Source: Naegleria gruberi (lineage: Eukaryota). From it: a stretch of 64,000 nucleotides of DNA. Below are positions 20,359 through 32,164 of this stretch, piece by piece (positions within the stretch are counted from its first letter, which is position 1; the number at the start of each line of letters is the position of its first letter). Where the stretch lies: assembly GCA_000004985.1 (NCBI GenBank), contig GG738888.1; one strand, written 5' to 3'. The notes under the pieces are model-generated. The model was given only the letters and a program-made list of their open reading frames with translations. It searched no databases and was not told the origin of the DNA. The translations under genes and the position numbers were made by a program.

Positions 20359-21450
20359 ATGACAAAAACAGATTTACCAACAGTCACCTCTAGAAAGGAT
20401 GCCAAAAATTCGGAGAGCAATTCCTTTTCACCATCAACACTTTTTAGTATTAGAGAAGTGGCAGAAATGACTGCCTATGGAATTTTCTTTGGAGCTGTAT
20501 ATGGAGGAACACGAGGATATTTAAATATGAGAAATATTAAAATCCCAACAGCAACCCTCGATAAGATGAGAACTAATTTATTCTACAGAAAACAAATGAA
20601 GGAAAAGCAAAATTTAAAGGAAAATCCACCATCACCAAACGAATTTAATCCAAATAAGAGCAGCCAAGATAATGTCAATACAGAATATGATCCACAATCG
20701 ACTCGAGTTGATAGAAAACATATTATTTTGGCTCACTTGTTTCATCAGGCATTTAGATTTGCCACAAATGTTGGATTATTTGCATTCTCATTTTCATCTA
20801 TTGATTTATTATTGAGAAGTAAGAATGTTTTCAATTGTTACTATTCAAACGACGATGAAAAGGACGAAAATTCGCTCAAATATCAAATTCAATCAATTTC
20901 GGGACAAATTGCCAAAGTTACACTCACAGAGGATCAATTAAAAACCATTGAGGAGAATGATTTTTTAAAGGAGAGAGTTAATCAATTGAATATTTTACAT
21001 AAACCAATTGCTGGAACTGTTTCAGGTGGAGTTTTTGGTTTACTGGCATCAGTTCCTAATTTATTTATGGGAATTGGTACAGCTTCTGGAGCTCTTTCAC
21101 TTACTATTGCCTCAATTGGATATGGATTAATATTTGGAACATTATCAGGAATGTGTTTAATACCATTGCAAAGTTTTTATATGGTTGAACGTTTTAAAGC
21201 ATATCAACAAGTTGAAACTAAAAAAGAGGATGAAGTTGAATTGGCTTTACAACAAGAAGAAGATGGTATTGAATCTGAATTATTGAAAGAGATTTCTAAA
21301 AAGTCCAAAGTCAGTCTTCAAGCTTTCATCAATGAAGAAGAAACTTTTTTGAATCAATTAGAGAAGGTTTCTGAAAAGATTAAGGATATTAAATTGAATG
21401 ATGATGAGGAAATAGATATTTCAACAAGACAACAACAAGAAAGGAAATAA
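20359..21450 (+). CDS. Membrane protein with Gly-zipper (GxxxG) helices, possible Tim17/Tim22/OEP16-family fold, plus C-terminal coiled coil
   Basis: 363-aa ORF. AYGIFFGAVYGGTRGY and GTVSGGVFGLLASVPNLFMGIGTASGALSLTIASIGYGLIFGTLSG resemble Tim17-family glycine-rich helices. The assignment is tentative. Confidence 0.3.
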   Translation: MTKTDLPTVTSRKDAKNSESNSFSPSTLFSIREVAEMTAYGIFFGAVYGGTRGYLNMRNIKIPTATLDKMRTNLFYRKQMKEKQNLKENPPSPNEFNPNKSSQDNVNTEYDPQSTRVDRKHIILAHLFHQAFRFATNVGLFAFSFSSIDLLLRSKNVFNCYYSNDDEKDENSLKYQIQSISGQIAKVTLTEDQLKTIEENDFLKERVNQLNILHKPIAGTVSGGVFGLLASVPNLFMGIGTASGALSLTIASIGYGLIFGTLSGMCLIPLQSFYMVERFKAYQQVETKKEDEVELALQQEEDGIESELLKEISKKSKVSLQAFINEEETFLNQLEKVSEKIKDIKLNDDEEIDISTRQQQERK

Positions 21451-21502
21451 ACTTTCAATTTCTTCAACAAAGTTTTTGTAAATTTTACAGTAATTGAAAA
21501 AA

Positions 21503-21981
21503 ATGTCTTCAATTGTTGAATCTATTGCTAGTTATAAAGTAAGCTCCGTACTCAATAAGAATAATAAAGAATTCGGAAAACAATTCCTATTTGATGGAAG
21601 TGATGAAACTTGTTGGAATAGTCATCAAGGAAAACCACAATATATTTATTTGGAATTTAAAGAACCTGTTCAAATCAACAAGGTACATATGGTCTTTCAA
21701 GGTGGATTTGCTGGAAAGGATGGTCAATTCTTGATTGCTAATGGAAATGAAGAATTATCACTCCAATCCGATTTCTATCCTGATGACATTTCAACTGAAC
21801 AGGTATGTTTTGATTATTAAATCATCGGAATGAATATATTGACATGTAAATAATAATAATACATTGATTTGGAATTTAGATATTCGATTTGGGAGCCACT
21901 TGTACCAAATTGAAAATTATTTTCAATGATTCAGCAGATTTCTACGGAAGAGTGACGATTTATAAATTGGATTTTAGTTAA
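21503..21981 (+). CDS. NR2C2AP: Nuclear receptor 2C2-associated protein (NR2C2AP/TRA16)-like, 2 exons
   Basis: Exons are 21503..21802 and 21880..21981, with an intron GTATGT...ATTTAG (77 nt). The protein VSSVLNKNNKEFGKQFLFDGSDETCWNSHQGKPQYIYLEFKEP...FQGGFAGKDG...DFYPDD...ADFYGRVTIYKLDF matches human NR2C2AP (VSSVLNRNTRQFGKKHLFDQDEETCWNSDQGPSQWVTLEF...FQGGFSSRRG...DFYPED...TDFFGRVVIYHLRV). Confidence 0.8.
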
Positions 21982-22135
21982 ATATTCTTCTTATTTTCAT
22001 ATTTATTATTCATGATGGAAATAATTGAAATTCGAATAGGCTTTGAATACGAAATTAACACTTTGATGATGGCCACGTAATTATTCTTGTTGTGGAAATT
22101 ATCTTTGTAACTGTTGGAGGATTTAAAAGAAAAAA

Positions 22136-22885
22136 ATGTCTGCAATAGTTTCCATGTTGGCCGATGTTTTGATGATTGTCGGACCATGTGCTGGTTATAT
22201 TGATCAAATTAGACAATTTGTGAATACTAAATCAAGTGGCGGATTCAGCAAATTCATCAGTTTGATTTTGCTTATTGCTAACATTCTGTATGTTTGATGA
22301 TGATATAATACTCATGTTGGAATTGTTAATATTTCGGATGATAATAGTCGTTGCTTTTTTAGATATTACAAAGAATTTGAGAATGTTCTTCTCTATCAAT
22401 CTATCTTGATGATTGCATGTCAAGTTGTTTTGATTTTCTTCTGTATTCGTTTTCGTTCAACTGAAAATGGAACAATCTTTACCAGCCCTGTCCGTAGTTT
22501 TTGGAATTGGATTAATATTTCTAGTTATTTGACATTCTTGATTCTCTTTTCATTGGTTGTTGGACTTGTTTCATTGATTTTACATCCAATTTTTGGAGAT
22601 TTTTATGGTGAATTACTTGGAGGTGCTGCTTTATTTACTGAAGCTGTTTTGGCTGTTCCACAAGTTTATAGAAATTATAGGGAAGGATCTGCTGAGGGCT
22701 TGTCATGGGTTTTACTTGGAACTTTCTTCCTTGGTGATGCTTATAAGACTGGTTACTTTTATCATAAGGGATTGCCAATTCAATTCGTATTATGTGGTTC
22801 TTTCCAACTCTTTGTTGACTTTGTTCTTGCTTTCCAAGTTTTAACTTACAGGAAAAAGCGTGGTGGAGGATTATTGAGCTATTAA
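22136..22885 (+). CDS. PQ-loop repeat membrane protein (SLC66/PQLC family), 2 exons
   Basis: Exons are 22136..22287 and 22363..22885, with an intron GTATGT...TTTTAG (75 nt) in phase 2. Two PQ-loop-like segments are present (PCAGYIDQIRQF and AVPQVYRNYREGSAEGLS), with 6-7 TM helices. Confidence 0.65.
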
Positions 22886-22926
22886 ACTTTCATTTATATT
22901 ATCAGTAATAATCATTGTAATCAATT

Positions 22927-24339
22927 TTAATAGAAACATAAAAATTGACCTTGTTCTGGAATGGTAACAGCACAATCAAGTGAAGCTTCCTTAAGTCCAC
23001 TTTGCAATTGTTTTTGAATGAGTACTTGGGCACTTTCACTGAATGTGCTTGTGAAAGTAGGTTTGATATGTGTCACTACAATAGTGAGAGAGCTTAATTT
23101 GTCCCCTTTCAAGTTACTCAACTCTTTCAGTATGAGAACTAAATCCTTTGGTCTCATATGACCGTACAACTCTGAATCTTGAGCTTCATTTGTAAAGCTC
23201 ACCTCAATAATAATTACCCTCAATTTACTAATGTCAACAGCGTTCCACACAGCAGTGATCTTTGATCTCCAATCACAAGAAGAATATGTGTTTGATCCAG
23301 TGTCAGAGAAGAAAATGAGTTGAACATTATCATGTTCAAATAGGAAGGCAGCTGATGGGAGAGAGTGGCAGAGTGAGAAAGATTTCACAGTTGTATCTGA
23401 AAATAAATAATTACTTCCAATAAGTTGGTGGGTATCAATTTTAGGATTAAATGAATTTGGACTCATATAAATTAAATCATTGACATAGTAATTAATATTG
23501 TGTTCAATAGGTTGATATTGATACCATGGTGTGTACTTTGGAATATCTGGCCATACCTTATCATTAAACAAGCTCGAATTAATAGCACTAATAACCTCAG
23601 TAGATGTAATTATCCTCTTACTGGATGGTATTTGATAGTCCTTGGTTGAGGTATCCATAAAGGTTCCTTCAGGTGATGAAATGACCAAGCCAGATAGATG
23701 ATCCAAATGTGCATGTCCAATAAAGTACCCCAAAATGAACTGTTTCATAATATAACCAGACAATGATAAGTAATATTGATTCTTCTCGCTTGTAGTTTTC
23801 AGACTAGACATATCCACAGATGATAACCATGATGGTAAGTTAGGGAATAACAATTTGATAAATGTTTGATTATTCGTCTCACTACTAACAAACTTGTAAA
23901 TTCCAGATAATAGAATTCCAGCATCCAAACTAATGAAATTTCCTCTACTAGAATTTGTTCTCAATAATACATTTGTCAAATCCGATTCCAACAATCCACC
24001 TTCTCTACCAGAAATCACCAATCCAAAAGTACATTTATCATTCAGGGTACTTTTAATTTCATCTTCGGAGGCTCCAGCAGCTGCAGCTGCCTCCATCCCT
24101 AGAGGAATTGCTGTAGCTAAAGTGAAGGCTATTGTAACAATGGCAATTCCTACCAAGCCTAACACCAATATTGCTTTTGATTTCTATTGAGCATAATCGA
24201 TTTGGTGGTTAAAATTATCCACATTTTGATATCAATTATAACAGTCATGATCATTAGATAATAATAACAATCATACATTTTCTTGTTTCCTTCTATTGAG
24301 TAAATGTTCTTCAAATTCCGCATCCTCCAAATCAGTCAT
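22927..24339 (-). CDS. Class II 3',5'-cyclic-nucleotide phosphodiesterase (PdsA/Pde1 type), probably 2 exons with an N-terminal membrane anchor
   Basis: The main exon is 22927..24183 and contains the class II PDE metal-binding signature GYFIGHAHLDHLSGLVISS. The hydrophobic segment AILVLGLVGIAIVTIAFTLATAI precedes the first in-frame ATG. An upstream exon 24276..24339 (MTDLEDAEFEEHLLNRRKQEN) joins in frame through GTATGA...CAATAG (92 nt). That join would make it a type II signal anchor. Confidence 0.75.
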
Positions 24340-24503
24340 TTTTATTTATTAAATTAATTATCAATCATCAATTCAAACATTTTAATTTATAGATTTATAA
24401 TTTTGACATAACAAACATAAATAATTTTAAACACCAAAGAAAATATATTTATAATATAATATTCTCATCTTTGATCCAATAATTAATACACAATTTTAAA
24501 AAA

Positions 24504-25071
24504 ATGATTGATATTGGTAAGTGGTGGATTTTAATTTTCAATAACTCAATTCGGAATGAGTAGTATTGGCAATTTCAGTGTGTGGTTTAATTGCCTTGAT
24601 GATCACTCCAGTCGATAAGAATACATCACGATTCAAGCATGTAGGTTTTTCAATAGTATTGTTGATTATTGATGCAAAGATTTAAAGTTTAAAAACAAAG
24701 ATCCGATGCAAATTGTCTACATGATTAAAAAGGAGGAAGAAGCTTTGGGAATGCTCACTCATGAATCAATTCCGAATGGAAATGGTAAAATTCAACAGGA
24801 AGATCATCAAATAATTTCATCAAGAATTGGAAATAATCCTTCATCGACTTGGCTTGTTTCACCATCATCAACAGTAACAACCAATATGAATCAAACAACA
24901 CCTATTAATTCTACAAATATGGTTGTTCATTTGATTTCCAATTCATTAACAGGACGATTTTTCAATTACTTTTTAACAACCTTTCAAAGAGTAAGGCAAG
25001 AGAGAAATTTAAGGAGAGGAAATAATGGAAATGAAAAACCTAGTTCATCATTAGTTTATTCTTCGTCGTAA
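24504..25071 (+). CDS. Hypothetical low-complexity protein; a 3-exon model is possible
   Basis: Candidate exons are 24504..24516 (MIDIG), about 24574..24634, and an ORF continuing to 25071 with an N/S/T-rich product. Splice sites are plausible but weak. Confidence 0.15.
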
Positions 25072-25135
25072 TTATATGGGATTATGGTGTGTTTTTACAA
25101 AATTTTAGTGGAATTCTCAAAGTGGAATTTACAAG

Positions 25136-25798
25136 TTAGCAGTGGTTCTTAATTTGGTCAATAATTTCTTGCTTCAATTCAGCAATGTATGGAAGATTTC
25201 TATATAATTCACCAAAGTCCAAACCGTATCCAACAACGAATTTTTCACCAATATCAAATCCAATAAAATCAGCATTGAAATTTTCAATCTTTCTCTTCTT
25301 CTTAGGGGCAGTCAACAAGACACAAGTCTTAATGGACTTGACACTTCTGGTTTGGAATAAACTGCTCAAGAAACTCAATGTATAACCAGTATCAATAATA
25401 TCTTCAATAATCAAAACATGTTTTCTGCACATTGATTTTCTAGTGTCCATGATAATCTTAACTTCACCACTTGAAGTAATACTGTCTTGATATGAGCTCA
25501 ATGCAATGAAATCAGTTGTAACTGGAACACCTATTTAATTACAATAATACAATTTGAATGATTGAAATAATTAATAAGATTGCACTGACAAATCACTAAA
25601 CTTACCAATATGTCTACTCAAATCAGCAGCAAAAATGTATGAACCCTTCAAAACTGGAACCAAGATCAATGATTCACCTTCTTCCAAAATACTCTTGTAG
25701 TGTTCTGTGATTTGGTGAGCCAATTCCTTGACACGTTGTTGGAGTTGTTCTTCAGTGTACAAGATATTGTCACAAACGTTTGGTAATGGAAGAGTCAT
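25136..25798 (-). CDS. HPRT1: Hypoxanthine-guanine phosphoribosyltransferase (HGPRT), 2 exons
   Basis: Exons on minus strand are 25606..25798 and 25136..25530, with an intron GTAAGT...AAATAG (75 nt) in phase 1. The protein ...ILVPVLKGSYIFAADLSRHIG|VPVTTDFIALSSYQD...VLIIEDIIDTGYTL...FVVGYGLDFGELYRNLPYIAELK carries the PRPP-binding motif VLIVEDIVDTG. Confidence 0.85.
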
Positions 25799-26143
25799 TT
25801 CGGAATTAATGTTGTTGTGTTGTTTTTTTAAATTGTATGGATTCAGTATAATCACCCTCTTTCTTCTAGGACAACACAAGACGAGGTACGTACCTCATCA
25901 CAATTACCTTCATCTCTCCCTAATAATTGTAAGGCACTTTATCAGAGGTCTGTACTCGGTCTTTTTATGCCAAATGGTAACTATTACTATTTAACAACCT
26001 AAAAATGATTATTGGTTGTTTATGATTCTTCCAGTGTGTTCGGTATTATAGCTTTGAAGAAATTAGAGGATAATAGAAATTTTCATTGATGTTGCATAAA
26101 TCATAAACTAATGATTATATTTTATTGTTCTATTTAGTTGAGA

Positions 26144-26557
26144 GCAGACTTGATGGCCAAGATGGAAACAGTCAAGAGGGAGAAAGCAAAGAGACCAGTG
26201 TAGTTCTTTGGTTCAGCTGGCTTGGCAGCTTCAGAAGCCAAAACCTTTTCTCTGATGATAGTCATGGAAACCTTTCCTTCGCTAATCTTCAAAGTCAATG
26301 GCTTGAATGGAGTACCTTGCTTGGCGTGAGCACCATCACAATACTAGCAATTATTAAATACATTGTTAAAAAGATGACGACATTATTCCATCATCATGGA
26401 ATAAAAAATTACTTACTGGCTTGGTGGCAGACAAACCACAAGTACACAAATACTATCATAGAAAAAATTGATGAAAATGATTAAAAACTTCCGTGATGGT
26501 AGTATGACATACCTTGGTTTCTTCGAATTCAGCAACAGGGACGACGTATTCAGACAT
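26144..26557 (-). CDS. CDGSH iron-sulfur domain protein (mitoNEET/CISD-like) with a C-terminal transmembrane tail, 3 exons
   Basis: Exons on minus strand are 26513..26557 (MSEYVVPVAEFEETK), 26417..26452 (YLCTCGLSATKP) and 26144..26343 (YCDGAHAKQGTPFKPL...TGLFAFSLLTVSILAIKSALN). Introns are GTATGT...GATAG (60 nt) and GTAAGT...TTGCTAG (73 nt). The spliced product carries the full CDGSH signature C-x-C-x2-S-x3-P-x-C-D-G-A-H. Confidence 0.7.
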
Positions 26558-26666
26558 TTTATTTTAAATTTTACAAACAATTTAAGGGAATGTTCAAGAG
26601 AGATTCTGGAGTTATTGGTGCAAAACGCCCGAAAAAAAATTGATCCAAAGAGAGTTTGTTATTTAA

Positions 26667-28186
26667 ATGAAAAGAAAGCCATTGAGTGAGGAAGATGATC
26701 AATCAGGAAAGAGAAGAAGATCACATTTACCTTACGTAGAAATATTCAAGGATGAAACATTACTTCAATTGATTGATAAATGTAAGCGTGATGAGGGTGC
26801 AAATAGAATATTGGAATGTAATAGGCACAAAATACTATTCGGTGATATGATTAAGGAGGTAAGGTGAATGAAACTTTAGAATTCTAAATGAAAAAGAAAA
26901 TGATCAGTATCGGAGAATCAATTGGAGCTATTGAGGATGTTGTCTGTACTATAGATCATTTCTTTGTTTTGACTTCAAAAGGTTTAGTTTACTCATATAA
27001 TAGAGGTAAGATGATAATGATAAATAATTATAATTATTTATAATTTGATTTAATAGATGGGAATAAATTGGAGGGAATCATAAATAGAGAGAATGAGGAA
27101 GTATCAAGTATCAGTTTGAACAAGTACAACTCAAGTTTAATATTGCTTTATTTCTCTAGTAATCATGGTCAACGAATTTTATGCAAGAGCATTTCGATTA
27201 GGTAAGATATTTGCGATAGAGTTTCATCCTATTTAAGGTATTTAATTAGTAATATTGTACAGTGTAAATATGAATTATGTGAGCAGCTACTAACAATGGA
27301 AGATTTGTCCTTTCCTAGTTTTGTAGAAATTGATAATTTTCATCAAGTTTTGCTTTCATTCACTGCTTCTAAGAAGTAAGTAAATTTAGTATGAGATATG
27401 ATTTTAACTCATAACAAGCTCTTACAAAGTTTGGGATATGAAAGATTATACTCTAAGATTTGAAATGACAGGGAAATTCATTCAAGATGTAAAATTAAGG
27501 TAAGTTTAAATTAGTCTTGTTCAATATTAATTTATCGGGAAATTGAAGTCCAATGGGAATATGCGTTAGATTTTTGGAAAACAAGAATGTTGTACCTTTG
27601 AAAATTGTAGATTATAACTCTGGAAATGAGATTTTCTCAATGAAACTCAAAACTAAGGACAGAGGAAAGCTAACATTTCTCGAATATTTTGGAAATCACT
27701 TGTTCTTCATGCAGGAGAGAAGGAAACTTACAGTTATTGATCTAAAAAAGAATAAGATTGTTGCCGTTCAAAAAAGCTTTGAGATACCAAAAACTTTCAT
27801 CTTTCTTCACAAGTGGGGGAAAATAATAGGTGTACAGGAATCTAAAGAGATGGCAATATGGGACTTGAAAGGTTCCTTAGAGATGGAGTAAGTTCGTAAT
27901 AATCAGTTATTCTTAAATTTTAAGATTGGAAGATCACCAAGTTGTTTCAGAAAATTCTTGTTGTTTCACAGTTACAAAAGATGAGAAAGTTATAATATCT
28001 CTCTGTACGGATTCAGCATGTAAACTTTCAATTCATGCATCAGATATCAAAACTGGATCTTTATTAACTAGTGTAGAATGTAGAGATTTCGATAACATAA
28101 CTTCAATTTCGTTTTGTGAAGATAGAAAGCAATTAGTGGTTGGAAATAAGGATGGAAAAATAGCAATTTATTCTTTGAAAAATTAA
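26667..28186 (+). CDS. Hypothetical multi-exon protein with a WD-repeat-like C-terminal region, 7 exons
   Basis: Frame-consistent exons are 26667..26859, 26897..27005, 27057..27201, 27238..27375, 27420..27499, 27549..27887 and 27925..28186. Introns are 37, 51, 36, 44, 49 and 37 nt, all GTAAG/AG. The C-terminal sequence ...LVVGNKDGKIAIYSLKN is WD-like. The junction between exon 1 and exon 2 is uncertain, and an alternative start is the ATG at 26900. Confidence 0.45.
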
Positions 28187-29431
28187 TTAATCTTCATGAA
28201 GTTGCTCCTCTTCTTCTCTTACAGACCTTCTTCTTGGTTGATAAGTAGGTGCTAACGAAATGAAGAACAGATAAACGACATGCACTAGCGTACCAATAAC
28301 TCCTCTTTCTACTGTAGCATTGTCCACATTATTTTCAATAGTTGTAGTTTCTTCTGTAGATTCCTCATTAAGTCTTGCTTGCTCCTCTCTTTCTCTTCTT
28401 TCTTGATCTCTGACAACACGTCTATGTATCACATTATTGAGATACTTTAAAAGTAAGATTGCAAAAAAGAATCCTAATGTACATAAAATCCAAGTTACCC
28501 ATCCTTCCTTTGCAAAAACTACTGTCGAAACCAATAAAACTTTTCCAAAAGTATAAATATAATCATATGCATTTTCTTGTGGTTGTGGATTTTCTTCTTG
28601 AATTAATCTTTGAGGTGCTGCTACATTTTGTTGTGGAATATTTTCTTGGGCTGCAGCAGGAACTTCACGTTGAAGTTCTTGATTCTCTGGAATATCCTCA
28701 ATAATTGGACCTTCCTCTTCTTGGGATAGTGGTTTGATTTGATCATTTGTTACTGTTGAATCTGTTTTGGTTTCAGTTGCTTGAGGTTTTGGTGTGGAAA
28801 CATTTGTACTGACAGTATTGAAAACATTTTGAGAAGGTTGGAAGGCACTTGCAGAAAATGGTGAAAGTGGTGTAGATGGAACTGTTGGCGAGAAAATGTT
28901 TGAATTAAAGTTAACCCCAGCAGGTGCTGATTGAACCAGCGTTGGAGAATTTGCTAATATTAATTGATTCATCATCATTTGAGTCATTAGCATTTGTTGT
29001 TGCAAAAGCAATTGTTTTTGAAGTAATAGATAGGAATTTGGAGTTGAAGGTGTTGATGGAGTGAGTGGAGTGGTTGGTGATTTCAACTCTGCTGTAGGCT
29101 CCGATGGTTTTGATGATGTTGCTGATGGTACTTCTGGTTGAGTTTTACACAAACCACCAATCAAGTGAATTGTTGGTGTTACAGAGGTATCAATCCTCTC
29201 CAAAACTTGAGAAAATGTTTGATCATTGGTTTGAATCTTTCCCGAGAAAATCATTTTACATTGACTAATATTTTCTATAATTCCTTTACCATTCAAAACT
29301 TCTTTAAGATGGAGAACAGTATCCGATTTGTTGATCATCATATTTGTATCACGTGTCCTATTATCCACATTTGTTCTAAAATTTACACTGATTTTATCGG
29401 ATGATAAAGTTTCCTTGTTGTTGGCGATCAT
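28187..29431 (-). CDS. HERPUD-like protein: N-terminal ubiquitin-like domain, P/Q-rich linker and C-terminal membrane hairpin (ER-associated degradation factor-like)
   Basis: 414-aa ORF. The UBL-like N-terminus is KISVNFRT...LHLKEVL...CKMIFSGKIQTNDQTFSQV...IHLI. The middle is P/T/Q-rich. The hydrophobic segments VLLVSTVVFAKEGWVTWILCTLGFFFAILLL lie near the C-terminus. Confidence 0.5.
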   Translation of the reverse strand: MIANNKETLSSDKISVNFRTNVDNRTRDTNMMINKSDTVLHLKEVLNGKGIIENISQCKMIFSGKIQTNDQTFSQVLERIDTSVTPTIHLIGGLCKTQPEVPSATSSKPSEPTAELKSPTTPLTPSTPSTPNSYLLLQKQLLLQQQMLMTQMMMNQLILANSPTLVQSAPAGVNFNSNIFSPTVPSTPLSPFSASAFQPSQNVFNTVSTNVSTPKPQATETKTDSTVTNDQIKPLSQEEEGPIIEDIPENQELQREVPAAAQENIPQQNVAAPQRLIQEENPQPQENAYDYIYTFGKVLLVSTVVFAKEGWVTWILCTLGFFFAILLLKYLNNVIHRRVVRDQERREREEQARLNEESTEETTTIENNVDNATVERGVIGTLVHVVYLFFISLAPTYQPRRRSVREEEEQLHED

Positions 29432-29974
29432 TTTTTTTTCAATATTGTTACGGAATTTATTTTAGGAACACGTGTTTGATATTCTTGTAAGAAAATTGTT
29501 GCAACAGTCAAAATTATTACAATATAGTTTCAATGCAAGCCTTAATAAAACATTTATTAAATTCTTTCAAGAATGGTCAATTAGTTATATGCTAGCTTAA
29601 AAGAGTCGTTCATACAAAATTGTAATCGAATCCTATCCACTATAGCTGTAAAACATTTGAATGTGAGGAGTGAACTAAGAAGGTTTTTGTATGAATTGTC
29701 TCAATAACTTTCTCAAAAAAAGTCACAATCTGTTTCAATCTCCTTCGATCACACTCCTGAGTTAAAAATCCAAATCCTCTCCTGAGAAACATGTTTTGCT
29801 TTTGGTGTTGTAGCACAATGATATCTCTAGCAAAATATTCAAAAAAATCTAAGGAGCAGGCACATTCTACCTATAACCGAATGCAATAAGCTCAATCATC
29901 GGAGAATCAAATCTCGAGGGGAGGGATTTGACCATTTTTATTTTTGAATAAGCTCATCCATCATAAACAAAACA

Positions 29975-32040
29975 ATGAATAAAGAACCTCCACTGCCTGG
30001 GCAAGAGGGTGTTGATACATCTGGTCATTCAAAAGATTCAAAGGATCCAACGATGAATATTATTTCAAGTCAGCAACCACAACAATTAGAAGAAGGTCAT
30101 TATTTAATGACGAAGAATAATGAACCAATTAATGAAAATAGAGAGCATTCGACGAGAATAATCACATCCTCAACTATAGGTGATAGAAGCCATCTCTCAA
30201 TTAGAAAAGAAACACCACCATACAATGGTGATGAAAATTCCAATAATCACAACATCCGATACCCACAGGATGATTACCATCATAACAACACCACATCATC
30301 CAATTTAAGAGGGCCAGAAGAATACAAATTACCACCAATAACCACAAGAAACATTAGCCAACAAAATAATATCAACAATTCGGGAGAACTTGTTATTGAT
30401 GACGGAGAGAACAATGTAATGAATAAGATCATTACTAAAGAGAGCTGCTTCAATGAACAAGAGTCTACAATAACAGAGGTTTCCGTCAGAGAGTTGGATA
30501 ATAATAATAACAATTTGGAAGCCAATGATGATGATGAGCCAACCAATGCAGATGCTTCAATGATTGTTTGGTGTGATATGTGTAACAAAGGTTAGTATAA
30601 TTATAGAGTATTGAGCTTGAAATTAATCAACCATTCCTTTTGATAACTTTTACCATATTGTGATTAATGATTCTCTTTCTCAATTATAATTGAAAACACA
30701 CATAGAGGTTAAATCATGGAGGCATCACGAGAAGACCCGACTTCATCAATCCAATTTATGGAACAACAATAGAAAGAGAAGACCCTCTCCTCCCAGATTT
30801 AAGTTTATCAATGTGGTAAAATCATCTTCAACATTACCAAATACAACTGCTCCTACTACTACTAATGGTAATGCAAATGGTGGTGGTTCAATGACATCAA
30901 ATATTATGACCACAATTGAGAATGGTGGTAATTCAAATAGTGGTGGTTCAATGACGCCAAATCAATCACCTCCAAATCAAACAAATGCTTCCTCTCTATT
31001 GAATGCAAGCAGTGGTGTTAGCAACAATCAAAGCAACACTCCTCAAAATGGTTCAACGAGTATGATCATTTCACAATCCTCCTCTTCCTCATCGTCAAAT
31101 CTCTCATCAAATTATGCTCTTGGAAACAGCAATGGATACTATAGCTCCAAATCAGACATGTTAAATGGCAGCTCTGAGAATATTGATGAAGGTGAGTAAT
31201 ATTCTATCTCTGATTATTAGTTACTAAATTTTTACTTTATTAGCACGAGCTCAAAATAGTCACAAGAGAAATTTGACCGAATACCAAAGTCAACACAAGA
31301 ATTCTCTCAGTCCTATCAATACTATGAAGAAGAGTGAAAGTTTTTCAAGAAATACACCAAGCTCTTCAGATTCTTCCACAGATACGAAAGTCAACAGTAA
31401 TGGCAGAATTCATTCACCTCCAAGTCGTCCCTCCATGAATTATACAATGAATATTCAGCTCACAGATTCAAAGACAAGACATTTATTTCTCTCATCTAGC
31501 CCTGAAGAACAGCAGCAAATGTTTGCCAATTCAGAAAGGGGATATGCCTTCATGGAACAATTGAAAAAGTTGAGAAGTTCTAATGAAAATCTTCATGAAC
31601 AACTGAGTCAACAACACGGCATTAACATTAATTCAAATAATCAATGCTATTATCAACATGCACCTCAGCATTATTCAAATAATAACAATGAAACTCATCA
31701 CACTGGCTCGACTGATAATTTACAAAATCAATCTTTCAATAGACAGATCAATAATTATTCCTCCAACCAATATCATTCATACCAAATTGAGGATAGAAGA
31801 AGTACACCTGCAACAACAATTCCAAATTCTCAAAACAATTCTCAATCGTCAACCACCAATTATCATCATGTAAATAACAGCAGAAATCATTCAATGAACA
31901 TACCTTTGAGTGAACCTAAGAATCCAACTACTACTACAGATTGGATAGATATGACAAACCAAAAAAAACAAAAAAAAGAAACAAAATCCCAATTTCAATT
32001 TGTAGATCATTTCGAACAGAAAACTAAAAAACGAAAATAA
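29975..32040 (+). CDS. U1/matrin-type C2H2 zinc-finger protein, N/S/Q-rich, 3 exons
   Basis: Exons are 29975..30590, 30706..31191 and 31244..32040, with introns GTTAGT...ACATAG (115 nt) and GTGAGT...TTATTAG (52 nt). The zinc finger WCDMCNKG|EVKSWRHHEKTRLHQ is split by intron 1. The rest of the protein is low complexity. Confidence 0.55.
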
Positions 32041-32164
32041 AAATCATGAAATATCTTAATTATAATTTTAATGAAACATTGTTGTTTTGTACGCCTTTCG
32101 AAATTCACTGAGAGTGACTCAACATCATCTCCTTAAAAATCAACTGTCATCAAACAACAAAAAA

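Noticed and set aside
26125-26484. 119-aa plus-strand ORF
   Set aside because: It is antisense to the three-exon CDGSH gene, which explains the region better.
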